Of a stretch of DNA of 64,000 nucleotides, positions 1 through 11,342 are shown one piece after another. Position 1 is the stretch's first letter. Every line of letters begins with the position of its first letter. The notes below the pieces were generated by a model, which saw only the letters and a list, made by a program, of their open reading frames with translations, did no database searches and was not told the origin of the DNA. Both the position numbers and the translations under genes were made by a program. The DNA is from an uncultured Prevotellaceae bacterium (GTDB lineage Bacteria > Bacteroidota > Bacteroidia > Bacteroidales > Bacteroidaceae): contig ONNV01000001.1 in NCBI GenBank assembly GCA_900319225.1, positions 96,663-160,662 of the forward strand. The letters are read 5' to 3'.

Positions 1-2608
1 GTGTGGGGGCATATCGTGCCGCTTTCATATATTATGCCCTGGTCAGAAATGTCACTCTGGAACGGTTCCGAGCCCAGGCATGCCTCCATGACGTTATATA
101 TGGAGCCGGAGTTATGCGGGCGGCTGCTCAGTATCACCAGGTTGCTTTCGGCACGTGTCAGGGCTACATAAAGCAGGTTGAGGTTATCTACGGCCTGCAG
201 TCCGGCCTCACTTTTATAATTATCCTCAAAGACGGATTTCTTTAGTGAACCGTTGAATCCTACCGGAATGAACGGCATACCGTCAAACTGGGCCTCATTG
301 GGCTTGATCCAGAGACGTTTTTCAGTCTTGCTGCCGGTGTCAATGATGGGCCAGTTGCATAAGGGTACTATCACCGTATGGAACTCCAATCCTTTGGATT
401 TGTGTATGGTAAGCAGACGGATTCCGTTGATATCGGTGGCAGGTATGGGTGTCTTGTACAGTTTTTCATCCCATTCAACGATAAATTGCGCCAGGTCACC
501 GGGGTTGCGGCTGAGCCATTGGCAGACGGTATCCTGGAATGCCATCATATACTGGTCCTGGCCCTCAATACGGTCCAACTGTAGTATGCTGTACAGCTTC
601 TCAGTCAGTTCATAAAGCGGGAGATGACGGATGGAGTCAGCCTGCTCTGTGAACGGCTGGGGCAGGGCGTTCTCCAATCCGTTGGCGTAGATATGGTCAA
701 AAGTCTCATCTGTGCCGTCAACGGCGTTCTTGTACTCCCAGGCAAGCTGCGCCAGAGATATCCGGTCAGTGCTGTCAGAGAGCCAACGCAGGGCATTTAC
801 CATAATCCTTACAGAGACGGATGAATCCAGTTGGAAAGCCTCACTGGATATCATGTTGTAGTCAGGACGGTTCTGTGCAAACCATCCCGCGATATCGGCT
901 ATCTGGTTCTTTGTGCGGCAGAGTATGGCAATATCGGTCTGCAGGACTCCGGCCTCAGTGAGTCTGTCCAGATGCTCTGCAATCCTGGGGTATATCTTAT
1001 CGGGGTACTCTTTTGTCTTGACCTCATCACTGATGGTCTGGACATGGACATAACCGGTGCCGTCATTATTGGTGCATTCCTGCTTTACGCCGTCATATGC
1101 CAGTTTCAAATCAGGGTACTCAAGACCGGTCTGCTCCCGGTAGAACTGGGATGTGAATTCCACCGCCTTGGGGAACAACGCGTTATTGAAGTCAATCACC
1201 TGCTGGCGGCTGCGGTGGTTGCTGTCCATTGATACTACCTTGGGGCTGAATCTGGCAAGTTCCCGTTCTATGCCGGTGTTGAGTATGTTCCAGTCACTGT
1301 TTCGCCAGCGGTAGATTGATTGCTTTACGTCACCCACCACCAGACAGTCCTGACCGGTGGCAAGGCATTCATTAAGCAGAATGGCCAGGTTGCGCCATTG
1401 CAGGTCCGATGTATCCTGGAACTCATCTATCATGACGTGACGGGTAAAACTGCCTGTCTTTTCATACACGAATGATGTGTCTCCGTCTTCCATCTGATGC
1501 AGAAGCTGGGGCGTGTCTGCCAGTATGAAACGGCCCTGCTCCTGGCTCTGGGTGTCAATCTCCCGGCGTATGCTCAGCAGGAGACTCAGCTCATGCAGAT
1601 ACTTTAGTGCGGAGTCAAAGGAGTTGCCGGTGTATATGTATTCGTCATACTCCTTTAAGACATCTTCAAATAACGGCATCAGTATCTCCTGTGCCAGAGG
1701 CCCCAGGAACGGCATTTTCTTTACCACGGTTTTGCCGAATATCTTATCCGGGTTGGTGGCGCAGTTCCCCAGTGTCTTGCTTTTGGGATCCATATCCACC
1801 ACCGTGCCGTCAGCAATCCTTGTCACCAGAGGCTTTGCGTATCGGTCCATCATGTCAAACGCAGAACCTACGGCACCGAGTAACTCTTGTCCCAGCTCTT
1901 TTATATGATCCAGGATGGCCGACAGCTTACTGTCACGGGCGGCTATGAGGTTCTGCTTGTAATCGGTGACGGCGTCGGGGTTATCGGTCATGATGCGGCG
2001 TAACTCCTGCCCATATTGCATGAAAATCTCGCTGAAAAGCTCACGTGAGAAACTCTTTATGGTCTTGTCAATGGACCAGCTGCGGTCATTCTCAATGTTG
2101 CTTTCCACAAATTTCATGATGTTGCGCTTATCGGGAGAGTCAGGCTCAACATCGGCCAGGAACGCATCGACGGCCTCATCAATGGCGGCATCAGTATCCA
2201 GCTCAAGAGTCAGGTTGCCGCCTATGTTCAGCTCACGGGCCAGACCGCGCAGGACTGTCTGGAAGAAACTGTCAATGGTCTCGACGCGGAAACGGCCGTA
2301 ATCCTGCAGGATGTTGTCAAGGGCCAGGATGGCATTGTGCCGTATGGTCTGCTCATCCAGACTGACAGAATTCTTTACCTCCTCAAAGTATCCCTGTGAG
2401 CTTTTAAGACCATGTCCGATACCGTACAGCTGCGACATTATTCGCTGCTTCATCTCGGCAGTGGCCTTGTTTGTAAAAGTTACTGCAAGTATGCTGCGGT
2501 AGTTCTCAGGGTTGTTCACAAGCATGACAATATACTGCACCGCCAGCCGGAAGGTTTTGCCCGATCCGGCCGATGCCTTATACACAGTCAGGTGAGAATT
2601 GTTACCCA
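1..2608 (-). CDS. UvrD/AddA-type ATP-dependent DNA helicase, N-terminal part (about 869 codons); the C-terminus lies beyond the left window edge
   Basis: Absent from the ORF track because it has no stop codon inside the window. Hand translation of the reverse strand from the ATG at 2606-2608 gives MGNNSHLTVYKASAGSGKTFRLAVQYIVMLV..AVTFTNKATAEMKQRI..RVETIDSFFQTVLRGLAREL. This contains a Walker A (GSGKT) and UvrD-family motifs. Only the first ~150 codons were translated. The + strand over 1-2600 carries only short overlapping ORFs. Confidence 0.8.
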
Positions 2609-2690
2609 TAGGAGTTTAAACTATCCAAATTTAGTGATTCCTTTTTATAAAAGAGTTATCTTCGCGGTCCAATTATAAACACGTGATAAT

Positions 2691-3509
2691 ATGGGATACA
2701 TTACTGAAGACAAACGTAAGGTTACCACACAGCGTCTCAGAGAGATGAAACAGCGTGGCGAGAAGATTGCAATGCTTACCGCCTATGACTACACCATGGC
2801 CAGGATGGTCGATGGTGCCGGTATCGACGTTATTCTGGTTGGAGACTCGGCATCGAACGTGATGGCCGGAAACCAGACTACACTGCCTATTACGCTTGAC
2901 CAGATGATATATCACGCCAAGTCTGTTGTACGCGGCGTGCAGCGCGCCCTGGTGGTTGTGGATATGCCTTTCGGCACCTATCAGATCAATGATTCCGAGG
3001 CTGTTACCAATGCCATCAAGATAATGAAGGTGTCACATGCCGATGCACTCAAACTGGAAGGCGGCGAGGAGATCCTGCCTCAGGTGCGTCATTTGATAGA
3101 AATAGGTATCCCTGTTATGGGACATCTGGGTCTGACACCCCAATCCATCAATAAATTCGGAACATATGCCGTTCGCGCCAAGGAGGAGGCCGAGGCTGAG
3201 AAACTCATTTCCGATGCCCACAAACTTGAGGAGGCAGGTTGTTTCTCAATCACACTGGAGAAAATCCCCGCCAAGCTTGCCGAGCGCGTAGCCAAGGAGG
3301 TCTCAATTCCTATTATAGGCATTGGTGCAGGAAACGGCGTTGACGGTCAGGTCCTGGTATGCGCCGATATGCTGGGCATGAACAACGATTTCAGTCCCCG
3401 GTTCCTGCGTCGTTACGCCAACCTCTACGAGACCATCACCAGCGCGGTAGGTCATTACGTGGAGGATGTCAAGAACTCTGACTTCCCCAACGAGAAGGAA
3501 CAATACTGA
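2691..3509 (+). CDS. panB: 3-methyl-2-oxobutanoate hydroxymethyltransferase (ketopantoate hydroxymethyltransferase)
   Basis: The 272-aa ORF reads ..[57 protein letters not shown].., a typical PanB signature and length. Confidence 0.93.
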   Translation: MGYITEDKRKVTTQRLREMKQRGEKIAMLTAYDYTMARMVDGAGIDVILVGDSASNVMAGNQTTLPITLDQMIYHAKSVVRGVQRALVVVDMPFGTYQINDSEAVTNAIKIMKVSHADALKLEGGEEILPQVRHLIEIGIPVMGHLGLTPQSINKFGTYAVRAKEEAEAEKLISDAHKLEEAGCFSITLEKIPAKLAERVAKEVSIPIIGIGAGNGVDGQVLVCADMLGMNNDFSPRFLRRYANLYETITSAVGHYVEDVKNSDFPNEKEQY

Positions 3510-3576
3510 TGACCCATTAGGGACAGTCCCCCTGTGCCATCTTGCATGGCACAGGGGGACTGTCCCTAATGGGTCA
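3510..3576. terminator. Bidirectional hairpin with a perfect 31-bp stem and 5-nt loop, shared by convergent panB and the DEAD-box helicase gene
   Basis: TGACCCATTAGGGACAGTCCCCCTGTGCCAT (3510-3540), loop CTTGC, then the exact reverse complement (3546-3576). The helicase stop codon is the last 3 nt (TCA at 3574-3576). A second in-frame TGA for panB is the first 3 nt. Confidence 0.75.
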
Positions 3577-4785
3577 TTTCTTGGGTTTGTGGAAGAACTT
3601 CCTTTTCCCTTTGTAGGGAGTTCTGGGACGTTCTGCTTTGTACTCCGGAGCCTCGCCAAGCTCGGCGGGGAGGGGGACTTTGTAGACGTCTTTGCCTAGG
3701 AAACGCTCTATCTGGCGGAACTTGGGCTGGTCGTCCAGGCTGATGAAGGTGATGGCGCAGCCTTCGGCGCCGGCGCGGGCGGTTCGGCCTATGCGGTGGA
3801 CGTAGTCTTCGGGGTCGTGGGGGACGTCAAAGTTGATGACAAGGTCTATGTCATCTATGTCTATTCCGCGTGATACGATATCGGTGGCTACGAGTATGTT
3901 GATGTGACCGTTGCGGAACTTGTGCATGATTTCATCACGCTCTGCCTGAGCCAGGTCGGAGTGCATCTCGCCTACGTTCAGACCAAGGCGGCGCAGTGAT
4001 TTGGTTATCTCCTTGACCTTGAGTTTGGACGATGCAAACGCAATTACCCTCTTGGGGGCGTTGGCGCTGAACAGACTCTGTATGATGGGCAGTTTCTGGG
4101 CCTCGTAGCATACGTAGGCGGCCTGCAGGATCTTTTCGGCCGGCTTGGAGACGGCCAGTTTGACCTCTACCGGGTTGTGCAGGATGGTGCGGGCCATGCG
4201 CTGTATCTCATCGGGCATGGTGGCGGAAAAGAGCATGTTCTGGCGCTTGGCGGGCAGCTGCTTTACAATCTGCATGATGTCATCATAGAAACCCATATCG
4301 AGCATGCGGTCGGCCTCGTCAAGGATAAAGAATGATACCTTGCTCAGGTCTATGTTGCCCAGACTGATATGGCTGATAAGACGGCCGGGAGTGGCTACCA
4401 CGATATCGGTACCCATGGCAAAGCCGCGTTTTTCCTGCTCAAAGCGGATTCCGTCATTGCCTCCGTAGACGGCGGTTCCGGATATGTTGGTGAAGTAGGA
4501 GAATCCCTCTATCTGCTGGTCTATCTGCTGTGCCAGCTCGCGGGTGGGTACCATGATGAGGCAGTTCACCGCGTCCTGGGGGTAGTCTCCACTTGACAGT
4601 TTGTCAAGTACGGGCAGCAGGTAGGCGGCGGTCTTGCCGGTTCCGGTCTGTGCTATGCCTATAAGGTCATGTCCTTCTAAAAGTATGGGTATGGCTTTCT
4701 CCTGGATGGGAGTGCACTCCTGAAAATTCATTGCGTCTATGGCGTCAAGTAACGCCGGCTGGAAATCTAGCTCGTCAAATCTCAC
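3574..4785 (-). CDS. DEAD-box ATP-dependent RNA helicase (RhlE-like)
   Basis: 403 aa with a Q-motif region, AQTGTGKT (motif I), DEAD (..FFILDEADRMLD..), SAT and HRIGRTARAG motifs. Confidence 0.92.
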   Translation of the reverse strand: MRFDELDFQPALLDAIDAMNFQECTPIQEKAIPILLEGHDLIGIAQTGTGKTAAYLLPVLDKLSSGDYPQDAVNCLIMVPTRELAQQIDQQIEGFSYFTNISGTAVYGGNDGIRFEQEKRGFAMGTDIVVATPGRLISHISLGNIDLSKVSFFILDEADRMLDMGFYDDIMQIVKQLPAKRQNMLFSATMPDEIQRMARTILHNPVEVKLAVSKPAEKILQAAYVCYEAQKLPIIQSLFSANAPKRVIAFASSKLKVKEITKSLRRLGLNVGEMHSDLAQAERDEIMHKFRNGHINILVATDIVSRGIDIDDIDLVINFDVPHDPEDYVHRIGRTARAGAEGCAITFISLDDQPKFRQIERFLGKDVYKVPLPAELGEAPEYKAERPRTPYKGKRKFFHKPKK

Positions 4786-4795
4786 GGTGAAATGG

Positions 4796-5914
4796 TTATT
4801 TTGGTGCTTTTATGTAAAGGAATATAGCAATCGGTATGTAAATGAAATTGGGAAGCCACTCGGCCATGAAAGCAGACATGGAGCCTGTTATGGCAAAGTT
4901 TGATGAGACTATCTGGAATAGTATGTATCCGAAACTCAGTCCCAGACCTATGCCCAGATAGAGTCCCATGCCGCCCTTACGTTTACGGCTGGAGAGCGAT
5001 ACGCCCATCACGGTCAGGATGAATGCGGCGAATGACATGGCGTAACGTTTATGGTACTCAATTTCAAAGTCCTGTATGTTGCCCATGCCGCGCTCTTTCT
5101 GGCGACGTATGTATTCACGCAGTTCGGCCGATGACATGGTCTCCTGCTGGCCGTTCTCAATCAAGAAATCTGCCGGCTCAAAGTGGATTATGGTATCCAT
5201 GTCATTGCCCTGGCTTATGGATTCTATGTTGCTTGAAAGGTCACGGATCAAATAGTTGCGCACTTTCCAGTGGTATTTATCGGCTGCGAGAGTGTCATAT
5301 GTGACGCTGCGGGCGGTCATGTGTGATACCAGTTTCTTGCCTTCAAACTTGTCAAGCGTAAAGCGGTAACCGGTACGGGTCTCGTGGTTGTAGCTCTCCA
5401 TGTAGGCTATGATACCTTCCTCAACTTCAAGCTGTATGTTGTAGGCGCCACTTGAGTTGTCACGGTTGTAGTGGCTCATTCCGTACTTGTTCTCAAACGT
5501 AAGTCTTTTTATGCTGGCCTTGGGTATGACCTGTGATCCCAGATAGAGGGTGAAAGCGGCGATAAGGGCTGCGGACAGCATATACGGAATCATCATCCTC
5601 TTAAAACTCATTCCCGTTGAGAACATGGCGATTATCTCAGAGTTCTCGGCCAGTTTTGAGGTGAAGAATATGATGGCTATGAATACGAACAGCGGACTGA
5701 AAAGATTGATGAAATAGGGGATAAAGTTGAGATAGTAATCAAATATGATCTCCTTGGCCGATGCTGCATTGAGCTTGTCAATCTTCTCATTGAAGTCAAA
5801 GACCACCAGGATCACGATGATGAGCGCAATGGTAAAGAAGTAGGTTCCAAGGAACTTCTTTATGATGTACCAGTCAAGGCGTTTGAGCAGTCTGTGTCTG
5901 AAAGGACTTTTCAT
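4796..5914 (-). CDS. LptF/LptG family permease (YjgP/YjgQ)
   Basis: 372 aa. The N-terminus LLKRLDWYIIKKFLGTYFFTIALII is typical of LptF/G, with multiple TM segments flanking a large periplasmic loop. Confidence 0.8.
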   Translation of the reverse strand: MKSPFRHRLLKRLDWYIIKKFLGTYFFTIALIIVILVVFDFNEKIDKLNAASAKEIIFDYYLNFIPYFINLFSPLFVFIAIIFFTSKLAENSEIIAMFSTGMSFKRMMIPYMLSAALIAAFTLYLGSQVIPKASIKRLTFENKYGMSHYNRDNSSGAYNIQLEVEEGIIAYMESYNHETRTGYRFTLDKFEGKKLVSHMTARSVTYDTLAADKYHWKVRNYLIRDLSSNIESISQGNDMDTIIHFEPADFLIENGQQETMSSAELREYIRRQKERGMGNIQDFEIEYHKRYAMSFAAFILTVMGVSLSSRKRKGGMGLYLGIGLGLSFGYILFQIVSSNFAITGSMSAFMAEWLPNFIYIPIAIFLYIKAPK

Positions 5915-5926
5915 ATCTCCAAAAGG

Positions 5927-7066
5927 TTACAGGCGTTGCATTACTCGTTTTACCATGACATCCTTCCAGGTGTGGTAATCATCGGCCAGGATATGCTTGC
6001 GGGCCTCGCCTACGAGCCACAGGTAGAATGCCAGATTATGTATGGATGCTATCATCAGTGCAAGGTACTCCTGCGCCTTGAACAGGTGATGCAGGTATGC
6101 CTTGGTGTAGAGGGCGTCAACATATGAAGCTCCATCGGGCTCGATGGGATCAAACACATCCTCCCATTTCTTGTTGCGTATGTTTATGATGCCGTCCTTG
6201 GTGAACAGCATGGCGTTACGGCCGTTGCGGGTGGGCATGACGCAGTCAAACATATCCACTCCAAGGCCGATAGCCTCAAGTATGTTGGCTGGGGTGCCTA
6301 CACCCATCAGGTAACGGGGTTTGTCCTTGGGCAGGATGTCATGCACCAGGTCAATCATCTCATACATGACATCTGTGGGCTCACCTACGGCCAGTCCGCC
6401 TATTGCATTGCCCTCGGCTCCTTTTGATGCAATATATTCGGCCGATTTGGCTCGCAGGTCCTTGTAGACGCAGCCCTGGACAATGGGGAACAGGGCCTGA
6501 TGGTATCCGTACTTGGGCTCTGTTGAATTGAAACGCTCAAAACAGCGGTCAAGCCAGCGGTGAGTACGCTCCATGGACTGCTTGGCATACTTGTAATCGG
6601 CAGTGCCGGGACAGCACTCATCGAACGCCATGATGATATCGGCACCGATGGTACGCTCTATATCCATGACGCGCTCAGGGGTGAACAGGTGGCGTGATCC
6701 GTCTATGTGTGACTGGAATTTGACACCCTCCTCAGTCATCTTCCTGAGTCCCGTTAGTGAGAATACCTGGAAACCGCCGCTGTCAGTGAGCATGGGGCGG
6801 TCAAATCCGTTGAATTTATGCAATCCACCGGCCTTTTCCAGCACATCCAGACCCGGACGCAGGTAGAGGTGGTATGTATTACCCAGTATGATCTGGGCTT
6901 TTATGTCATCCTTGAGCTCATTCACATGGACGGCCTTGACCGAGCCTACGGTACCTACAGGCATGAAAATGGGGGTCTCAATAACTCCGTGGTCTGTGGT
7001 AATGCGTCCGGCTCTGGCGTGGCTGGTGCCGTCTGTGTGCTGAAGTTCAAATGTCAGTGCGTTCAA
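5927..7066 (-). CDS. tgt: Queuine tRNA-ribosyltransferase
   Basis: 379 aa: ..ARAGRITTDHGVIETPIFMPVGTVGSVKAV..LGNTYHLYLRPG..TDSGGFQVFSL.. Confidence 0.95.
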   Translation of the reverse strand: MNALTFELQHTDGTSHARAGRITTDHGVIETPIFMPVGTVGSVKAVHVNELKDDIKAQIILGNTYHLYLRPGLDVLEKAGGLHKFNGFDRPMLTDSGGFQVFSLTGLRKMTEEGVKFQSHIDGSRHLFTPERVMDIERTIGADIIMAFDECCPGTADYKYAKQSMERTHRWLDRCFERFNSTEPKYGYHQALFPIVQGCVYKDLRAKSAEYIASKGAEGNAIGGLAVGEPTDVMYEMIDLVHDILPKDKPRYLMGVGTPANILEAIGLGVDMFDCVMPTRNGRNAMLFTKDGIINIRNKKWEDVFDPIEPDGASYVDALYTKAYLHHLFKAQEYLALMIASIHNLAFYLWLVGEARKHILADDYHTWKDVMVKRVMQRL

Positions 7067-7073
7067 AACAGAG

Positions 7074-9545
7074 TTACTTTTCAGGTTGCTGAATAGGGAC
7101 TATCTCAAGTGCGTCGGATACCTTCTCATCCAGAAGCGCAATCTTCCAAACCTCACTTATGTTGCCTACGTAGTGGAACTCCAGGCCTTTCAGATACTCT
7201 GCTGGAATCTCCTCAATGTCACGGCGGTTCTCAGAGCAGAGTATGATATCGGTAATTCCGGCACGCTTGGCTGCCAGGATTTTCTCACGGATTCCGCCCA
7301 CTGGCAGCACCTTACCGCGCAGTGTAATCTCACCGGTCATGGCCAGGTTTGCACGTACCTTACGCTGGGTAAAGGCCGATGCAATTGACGTAGCCATGGT
7401 GATACCGGCCGACGGGCCGTCCTTGGGAATGGCGCCCTCTGGTACGTGGATATGTACGTTCCATGAGTTGAATACGGCGGGGTCAAGTGAGAGCAGCTTG
7501 GCATGTGCGCGGATATACTCCATGGCCAGCATGGCAGACTCTTTCATCACGTCACCCAGATTGCCGGTGAGGGTAAGCTTACCCTCCTTTCCGCGGCTCA
7601 GGCTGGTCTCTACAAAGAGAATCTCACCGCCTACGGCTGTCCAGGCAAGTCCGGTTACCACGCCGGCATAGTCATTACCCTGATACTTGTCACGGGTGTA
7701 GGGCTTGGTACCCAGCAGTTCCTTAAGGTCTGCAGGCTTCACGGTCATCTTGCCGAAATCACCGTCATTGGCGTAACGGCAGGCGGCCTTACGGCATATC
7801 TTGCCAAGTTTCTTGTCAAGTTCACGGACCCCTGACTCACGGGTGTAGCTCTCAATGATAGCCTCGATTGCGGGCTTGGTTACGTTAAGGCTGCCTTTCT
7901 TGAGTCCGTTGGCCTCCATCTCCTTGGGCAGGAGGTGACGGCGGGCAATCTCAATCTTCTCCTCGGTGATGTAACCGCTCACCTCAATCAGCTCCATACG
8001 GTCCAGAAGCGGAGCGGGTATGGTGTTGATATTGTTGGCGGTAGCTATGAACATAACCTTTGACAGGTCATAGTCAATATCCAGATAATTATCGTGGAAT
8101 GCACTGTTCTGCTCAGGGTCAAGCACCTCAAGCAGGGCCGATGAGGGATCACCCTGGTTGGTCATCTGGCTCACTTTATCGATTTCATCGAGGATAAAGA
8201 CCGGATTGGATGAGCCGGCCTTGGCCAGACCTTTGATGATACGGCCGGGCATGGCGCCTATGTATGTCTTGCGGTGACCGCGGATCTCGGCCTCATCATG
8301 CAGACCGCCCAGTGATATGCGTACGTACTTGCGTTTGAGTGCGTTGGCGATGGAAAGTCCCAGTGATGTCTTACCTACTCCGGGAGGGCCGTAGAGGCAG
8401 AGTATGGGTGATTTGAAATCACCGCGCAGCTTCATTACCGCCAGATGCTCCAGGATACGCTCCTTGACTTTCTCCAGACCGTAATGGTCCTTGTCAAGGG
8501 CCTTGCGGGCGTTGGCCATGTCAAGGTTGTCCTTGGTGTATTCACCCCATGGCAGGCTCAGCACGGTCTGCAGGTATGAGAGCTGTACGTTATAGTCAGG
8601 TGACTGTGAGTTGGTGCGTTCCAGCTTAACCAGCTCCTTGTCAAAGATCTTGCGTACATCGGCACTCCATTTCTTCTGGTTTGCCTTGAGGCGCATCTCC
8701 TCGATATCCTGGTCCTGGACGCTGCCGCCCAGCTCATCCTGTATGTTCTTGAGCTCCTGCTGCAGGAAATACTCTTTCTGCTGCTTGTCAATGTCCTCAT
8801 GCGTGCGGCGCTGTATGCTCATCTTGAGCTCTGCCAGCTGGATCTCACGGTTCAGTATGGAGAGCAGACGCAGGGCACGGCTGGAACAGGTTCCTTCACG
8901 CAGCAGATGCACCTTCTCCTTGATGTCAAAGGGCAGGTTGGCGCATATGAAATTTATCAGGAACAGCCCGTTGGATATGTTCTTGAGCGCAAATGCGGCA
9001 TCGGGCTGGATGCTGTCCGACAGTTTCACGTACTTTATGGCAGCCTCCTTGCATGAGTCTACTATAGCCTTGAACTCCTTGCTGCGGGTAGGGGGCAGGA
9101 CCTCGGGGAATATCTCGGCACTGCCTATCAGATAGGGGTCGTCATTGACTATGCTCTTGAGCTTGATACGCTGCATACCCTGCAGTACCACGGTGGTGGT
9201 CTGGTCCGGCATATCAAATACTCGTATTATCTTGGCCAGCACTCCGGCGGAGTAGAGGTCGTTGAATCCCGGGTTCTCGGTATCAGGCTCTTTCTGACAG
9301 AATACGGCAATCTGCTTTCCTTCAGCAAATGCGTTCTGTACCAGTTTAAGTGATGATTTGCGGCCTACGGTTACGGGCATGACCACTGTGGGGAACAGCA
9401 CCATGTTGCGGAGCGGGAGCACCGGCACGATGTCATCCATGTCCGTGTCAAAGAGACCGCTCTCATTGCCGTCAAAATCGGCTATCATGGAAAAGGCCGG
9501 ATTTGACTCGTCAAAAGCGTCTTCTGGATGTTTCTTGGTAAACAT
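7074..9545 (-). CDS. lon: ATP-dependent Lon protease (LonA type)
   Basis: LON N-domain ([20 protein letters not shown]), AAA+ Walker A (GPPGVGKTS) and protease-domain [11 protein letters not shown]. The start is trimmed from the track's 9701 to the ATG at 9543-9545 (MFTKKHPED..). A minus-strand TAccTTTG box sits 21 nt upstream of that ATG, and the longer form would overlap the divergent gene. Confidence 0.9.
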   Translation of the reverse strand: MFTKKHPEDAFDESNPAFSMIADFDGNESGLFDTDMDDIVPVLPLRNMVLFPTVVMPVTVGRKSSLKLVQNAFAEGKQIAVFCQKEPDTENPGFNDLYSAGVLAKIIRVFDMPDQTTTVVLQGMQRIKLKSIVNDDPYLIGSAEIFPEVLPPTRSKEFKAIVDSCKEAAIKYVKLSDSIQPDAAFALKNISNGLFLINFICANLPFDIKEKVHLLREGTCSSRALRLLSILNREIQLAELKMSIQRRTHEDIDKQQKEYFLQQELKNIQDELGGSVQDQDIEEMRLKANQKKWSADVRKIFDKELVKLERTNSQSPDYNVQLSYLQTVLSLPWGEYTKDNLDMANARKALDKDHYGLEKVKERILEHLAVMKLRGDFKSPILCLYGPPGVGKTSLGLSIANALKRKYVRISLGGLHDEAEIRGHRKTYIGAMPGRIIKGLAKAGSSNPVFILDEIDKVSQMTNQGDPSSALLEVLDPEQNSAFHDNYLDIDYDLSKVMFIATANNINTIPAPLLDRMELIEVSGYITEEKIEIARRHLLPKEMEANGLKKGSLNVTKPAIEAIIESYTRESGVRELDKKLGKICRKAACRYANDGDFGKMTVKPADLKELLGTKPYTRDKYQGNDYAGVVTGLAWTAVGGEILFVETSLSRGKEGKLTLTGNLGDVMKESAMLAMEYIRAHAKLLSLDPAVFNSWNVHIHVPEGAIPKDGPSAGITMATSIASAFTQRKVRANLAMTGEITLRGKVLPVGGIREKILAAKRAGITDIILCSENRRDIEEIPAEYLKGLEFHYVGNISEVWKIALLDEKVSDALEIVPIQQPEK

Positions 9546-9565
9546 ATAGTTCTGTAAATATCGTG

Positions 9566-9573
9566 CAAAGGTA
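9566..9573 (-). promoter_or_regulatory. Bacteroidetes -7 promoter box (TAccTTTG) for lon
   Basis: The + strand reads CAAAGGTA, so the minus strand reads TACCTTTG, matching the TAnnTTTG consensus. It lies 21 nt upstream of the proposed lon ATG. Confidence 0.55.
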
Positions 9574-9635
9574 AGAAAATACGCGCACGTAGCAGTCATT
9601 TGCCACCCCAAAAGCCGTGAATAAAACAAAAAAAG

Positions 9636-9643
9636 TACATTTG
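9636..9643 (+). promoter_or_regulatory. Bacteroidetes -7 promoter box (TAcaTTTG) for the tRNA methyltransferase gene
   Basis: TACATTTG matches TAnnTTTG and lies 24 nt upstream of the ATG at 9667. Confidence 0.5.
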
Positions 9644-9666
9644 CATCCGTAAAACCATTGTCCCGG

Positions 9667-10371
9667 ATGTCAAACAGCTGGTTCAGATTCAAACGTTTCA
9701 TGGTAAATCAGGAGGATTGTGCCATGAAAGTGGGTACCGACGGCGTGCTGCTGGGCGCGTGGGCCGATGTCCGCCCCAGATGCAGTGTGCTGGATATAGG
9801 GACCGGAACAGGTCTGGTGGCGCTGATGGTTGCACAGAGAGGCGCGGGTAGGGTAACTGCCATAGAGATAGATGCCGCGGCCGCAGCCCAGGCCACACGT
9901 AATGCCGCCGGCTCGGAGTGGGCCGACAGGATTGAAGTTGTTGCTGTCGATATAGCTGATTATAAAAGCGATACGCTGTTTGACAGGATCCTTTCCAATC
10001 CGCCATATTTCCGCGATTCGCTGCGGTCTCCCGATGCGGGACGCAATACGGCCAGGCATAATGATACGCTCAGTTATGAGACCCTGGTCAAGTGCTCGGC
10101 TTCACTGCTGGCTCCGGGCGGACAGCTCTGTGTGGTACTGCCGTATGATGCGGTGGATGAGTTCATGCGTCACGCTCAGCTGGCCGGATTCTGCCTGGCA
10201 AGACGTACCGATGTGGTGACTGCTCCGGGACGTGAGCCCAAACGCTCGTTGCTGGCCTTGGGGACAGAATACGTACAGTCCGTGACTGATGTGCTGAGTA
10301 TGCGTGACGATGACGGAAACGAATCGGCCCGGTATGTGGAACTTGTAAAAGACTTTTACCTTAAATACTGA
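9667..10371 (+). CDS. tRNA1(Val) (adenine37-N6)-methyltransferase (YfiC/TrmN6 family)
   Basis: FRFKRFMVNQEDCAMKVGTDGVLLGAWA is the family N-terminus. A SAM-binding GTGTG loop and an NPPY catalytic motif (LSNPPYF) are present. The start could be 9658 or 9667. Confidence 0.8.
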   Translation: MSNSWFRFKRFMVNQEDCAMKVGTDGVLLGAWADVRPRCSVLDIGTGTGLVALMVAQRGAGRVTAIEIDAAAAAQATRNAAGSEWADRIEVVAVDIADYKSDTLFDRILSNPPYFRDSLRSPDAGRNTARHNDTLSYETLVKCSASLLAPGGQLCVVLPYDAVDEFMRHAQLAGFCLARRTDVVTAPGREPKRSLLALGTEYVQSVTDVLSMRDDDGNESARYVELVKDFYLKY

Positions 10372-11265
10372 TCAGATACCGCGACGTTTATCGGGTATGA
10401 GAACCTTGAGTCCGTTGGGTACCATCTCTATGTCTATCACCTTACCCAACTGTATGGGATCACCGTCAAAATGGGCGGGTCCTTCCTTCTCTCTGGTTAT
10501 GGTCAGACGGCGGCATTTGCGGATGGTCACCTTCTCATTCCTGTCAAGCTGCTTGTTGAACAGCTGGAATGCCAGCAGCGGTGCGTCGAGCGGTGTGAAC
10601 GGATGTATCACAACTACGTCCATAAGACCGTCCTGCATGGATGCGGTGGGTGCTATAAAGGCATTGTTGCCCCACTGGTCGGCGTTGGCGCAGGTAACTA
10701 TGAATGACTCAAATGTCTCACTTGAATTATCGAAAGAGAGCTTGTATAGCTCATCCTTGTAGTTGGCGATATTAAGCAGAATGCTCTCCATATATGTCAG
10801 CACTCCGCGTGATCCTGAATTGGAGAATGTCTCACTTACCGTGGCGTCAAAACCAACGCCGCAGGTACAGAAGAACGGGTGCCCGTTAATGGTTCCGTAA
10901 TCGATGTCGGTGATGATTGATTTGTTTAACCATTTTACTGCCTTGAAGGGGTCAATGGGGATACCCAGATGACGTGCCATACCGTTACCTGAACCGCAGG
11001 GGATAATGCCCATTGCAGTGTCGGTGCCTATCAGACCGCAACCAACCTCATTTACGGTTCCGTCACCGCCCACGGCAATGACCGCGTCATATTTCTTATC
11101 GGCATACTCACGTGCCAACTCCGTGGCATGGCCCTTATGATCGGTGGAAATGACGGAATAGTCATAGAGATCTGTGTTGATGAATCTCTCTATGATGGGC
11201 AGTACCGGTATCAGGCGGCGGCTGCCGGAGATGGGGTTGTATACGAACAGGACCTTTCTCTTCAT
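10372..11265 (-). CDS. Diacylglycerol-kinase-fold lipid kinase (YegS/BmrU family)
   Basis: 297 aa: KVLFVYNPISGS..AVGGDGTVNEV..GIIPCGSGNG. Its stop codon abuts the stop of the convergent methyltransferase gene (TGATCA at 10369-10374). Confidence 0.85.
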   Translation of the reverse strand: MKRKVLFVYNPISGSRRLIPVLPIIERFINTDLYDYSVISTDHKGHATELAREYADKKYDAVIAVGGDGTVNEVGCGLIGTDTAMGIIPCGSGNGMARHLGIPIDPFKAVKWLNKSIITDIDYGTINGHPFFCTCGVGFDATVSETFSNSGSRGVLTYMESILLNIANYKDELYKLSFDNSSETFESFIVTCANADQWGNNAFIAPTASMQDGLMDVVVIHPFTPLDAPLLAFQLFNKQLDRNEKVTIRKCRRLTITREKEGPAHFDGDPIQLGKVIDIEMVPNGLKVLIPDKRRGI

Positions 11266-11342
11266 GAACAGTTTGTCATTCCGTATGCGAAGATACTGAA
11301 AAAGATTGCACGAATCAGTAAATTATCTAATTTTGCGCCGAT

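Noticed and set aside
3303-3699. ORFs 3303-3659 (-) and 3466-3699 (+), which contain the repeated peptide DPLGTVPLCH..WHRGTVPNGS.
   Set aside because: The apparent internal peptide repeat is just the two arms of the 31-bp hairpin read in frame. Both ORFs overlap panB or the helicase.
9546-9701. N-terminal extensions in the track for lon (9701), ffh (56141), GH9 (49755), malQ (58466), the 49622 ORF, the 59968 ORF, the 43171 ORF and the 19000 ORF.
   Set aside because: Internal ATGs restore canonical family N-termini or signal peptides. They are preceded at 20-36 nt by TAnnTTTG boxes that lie inside the longer ORFs. Several extensions also overlap neighbouring genes or intergenic repeats.
10369-10374. 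Zero-spacer convergent stop codons: TGATCA at 10369-10374 and TGATTA at 52889-52894.
   Set aside because: This is real but probably just tight packing. There is no hairpin or repeat, and nothing suggests function beyond compact genome organisation.
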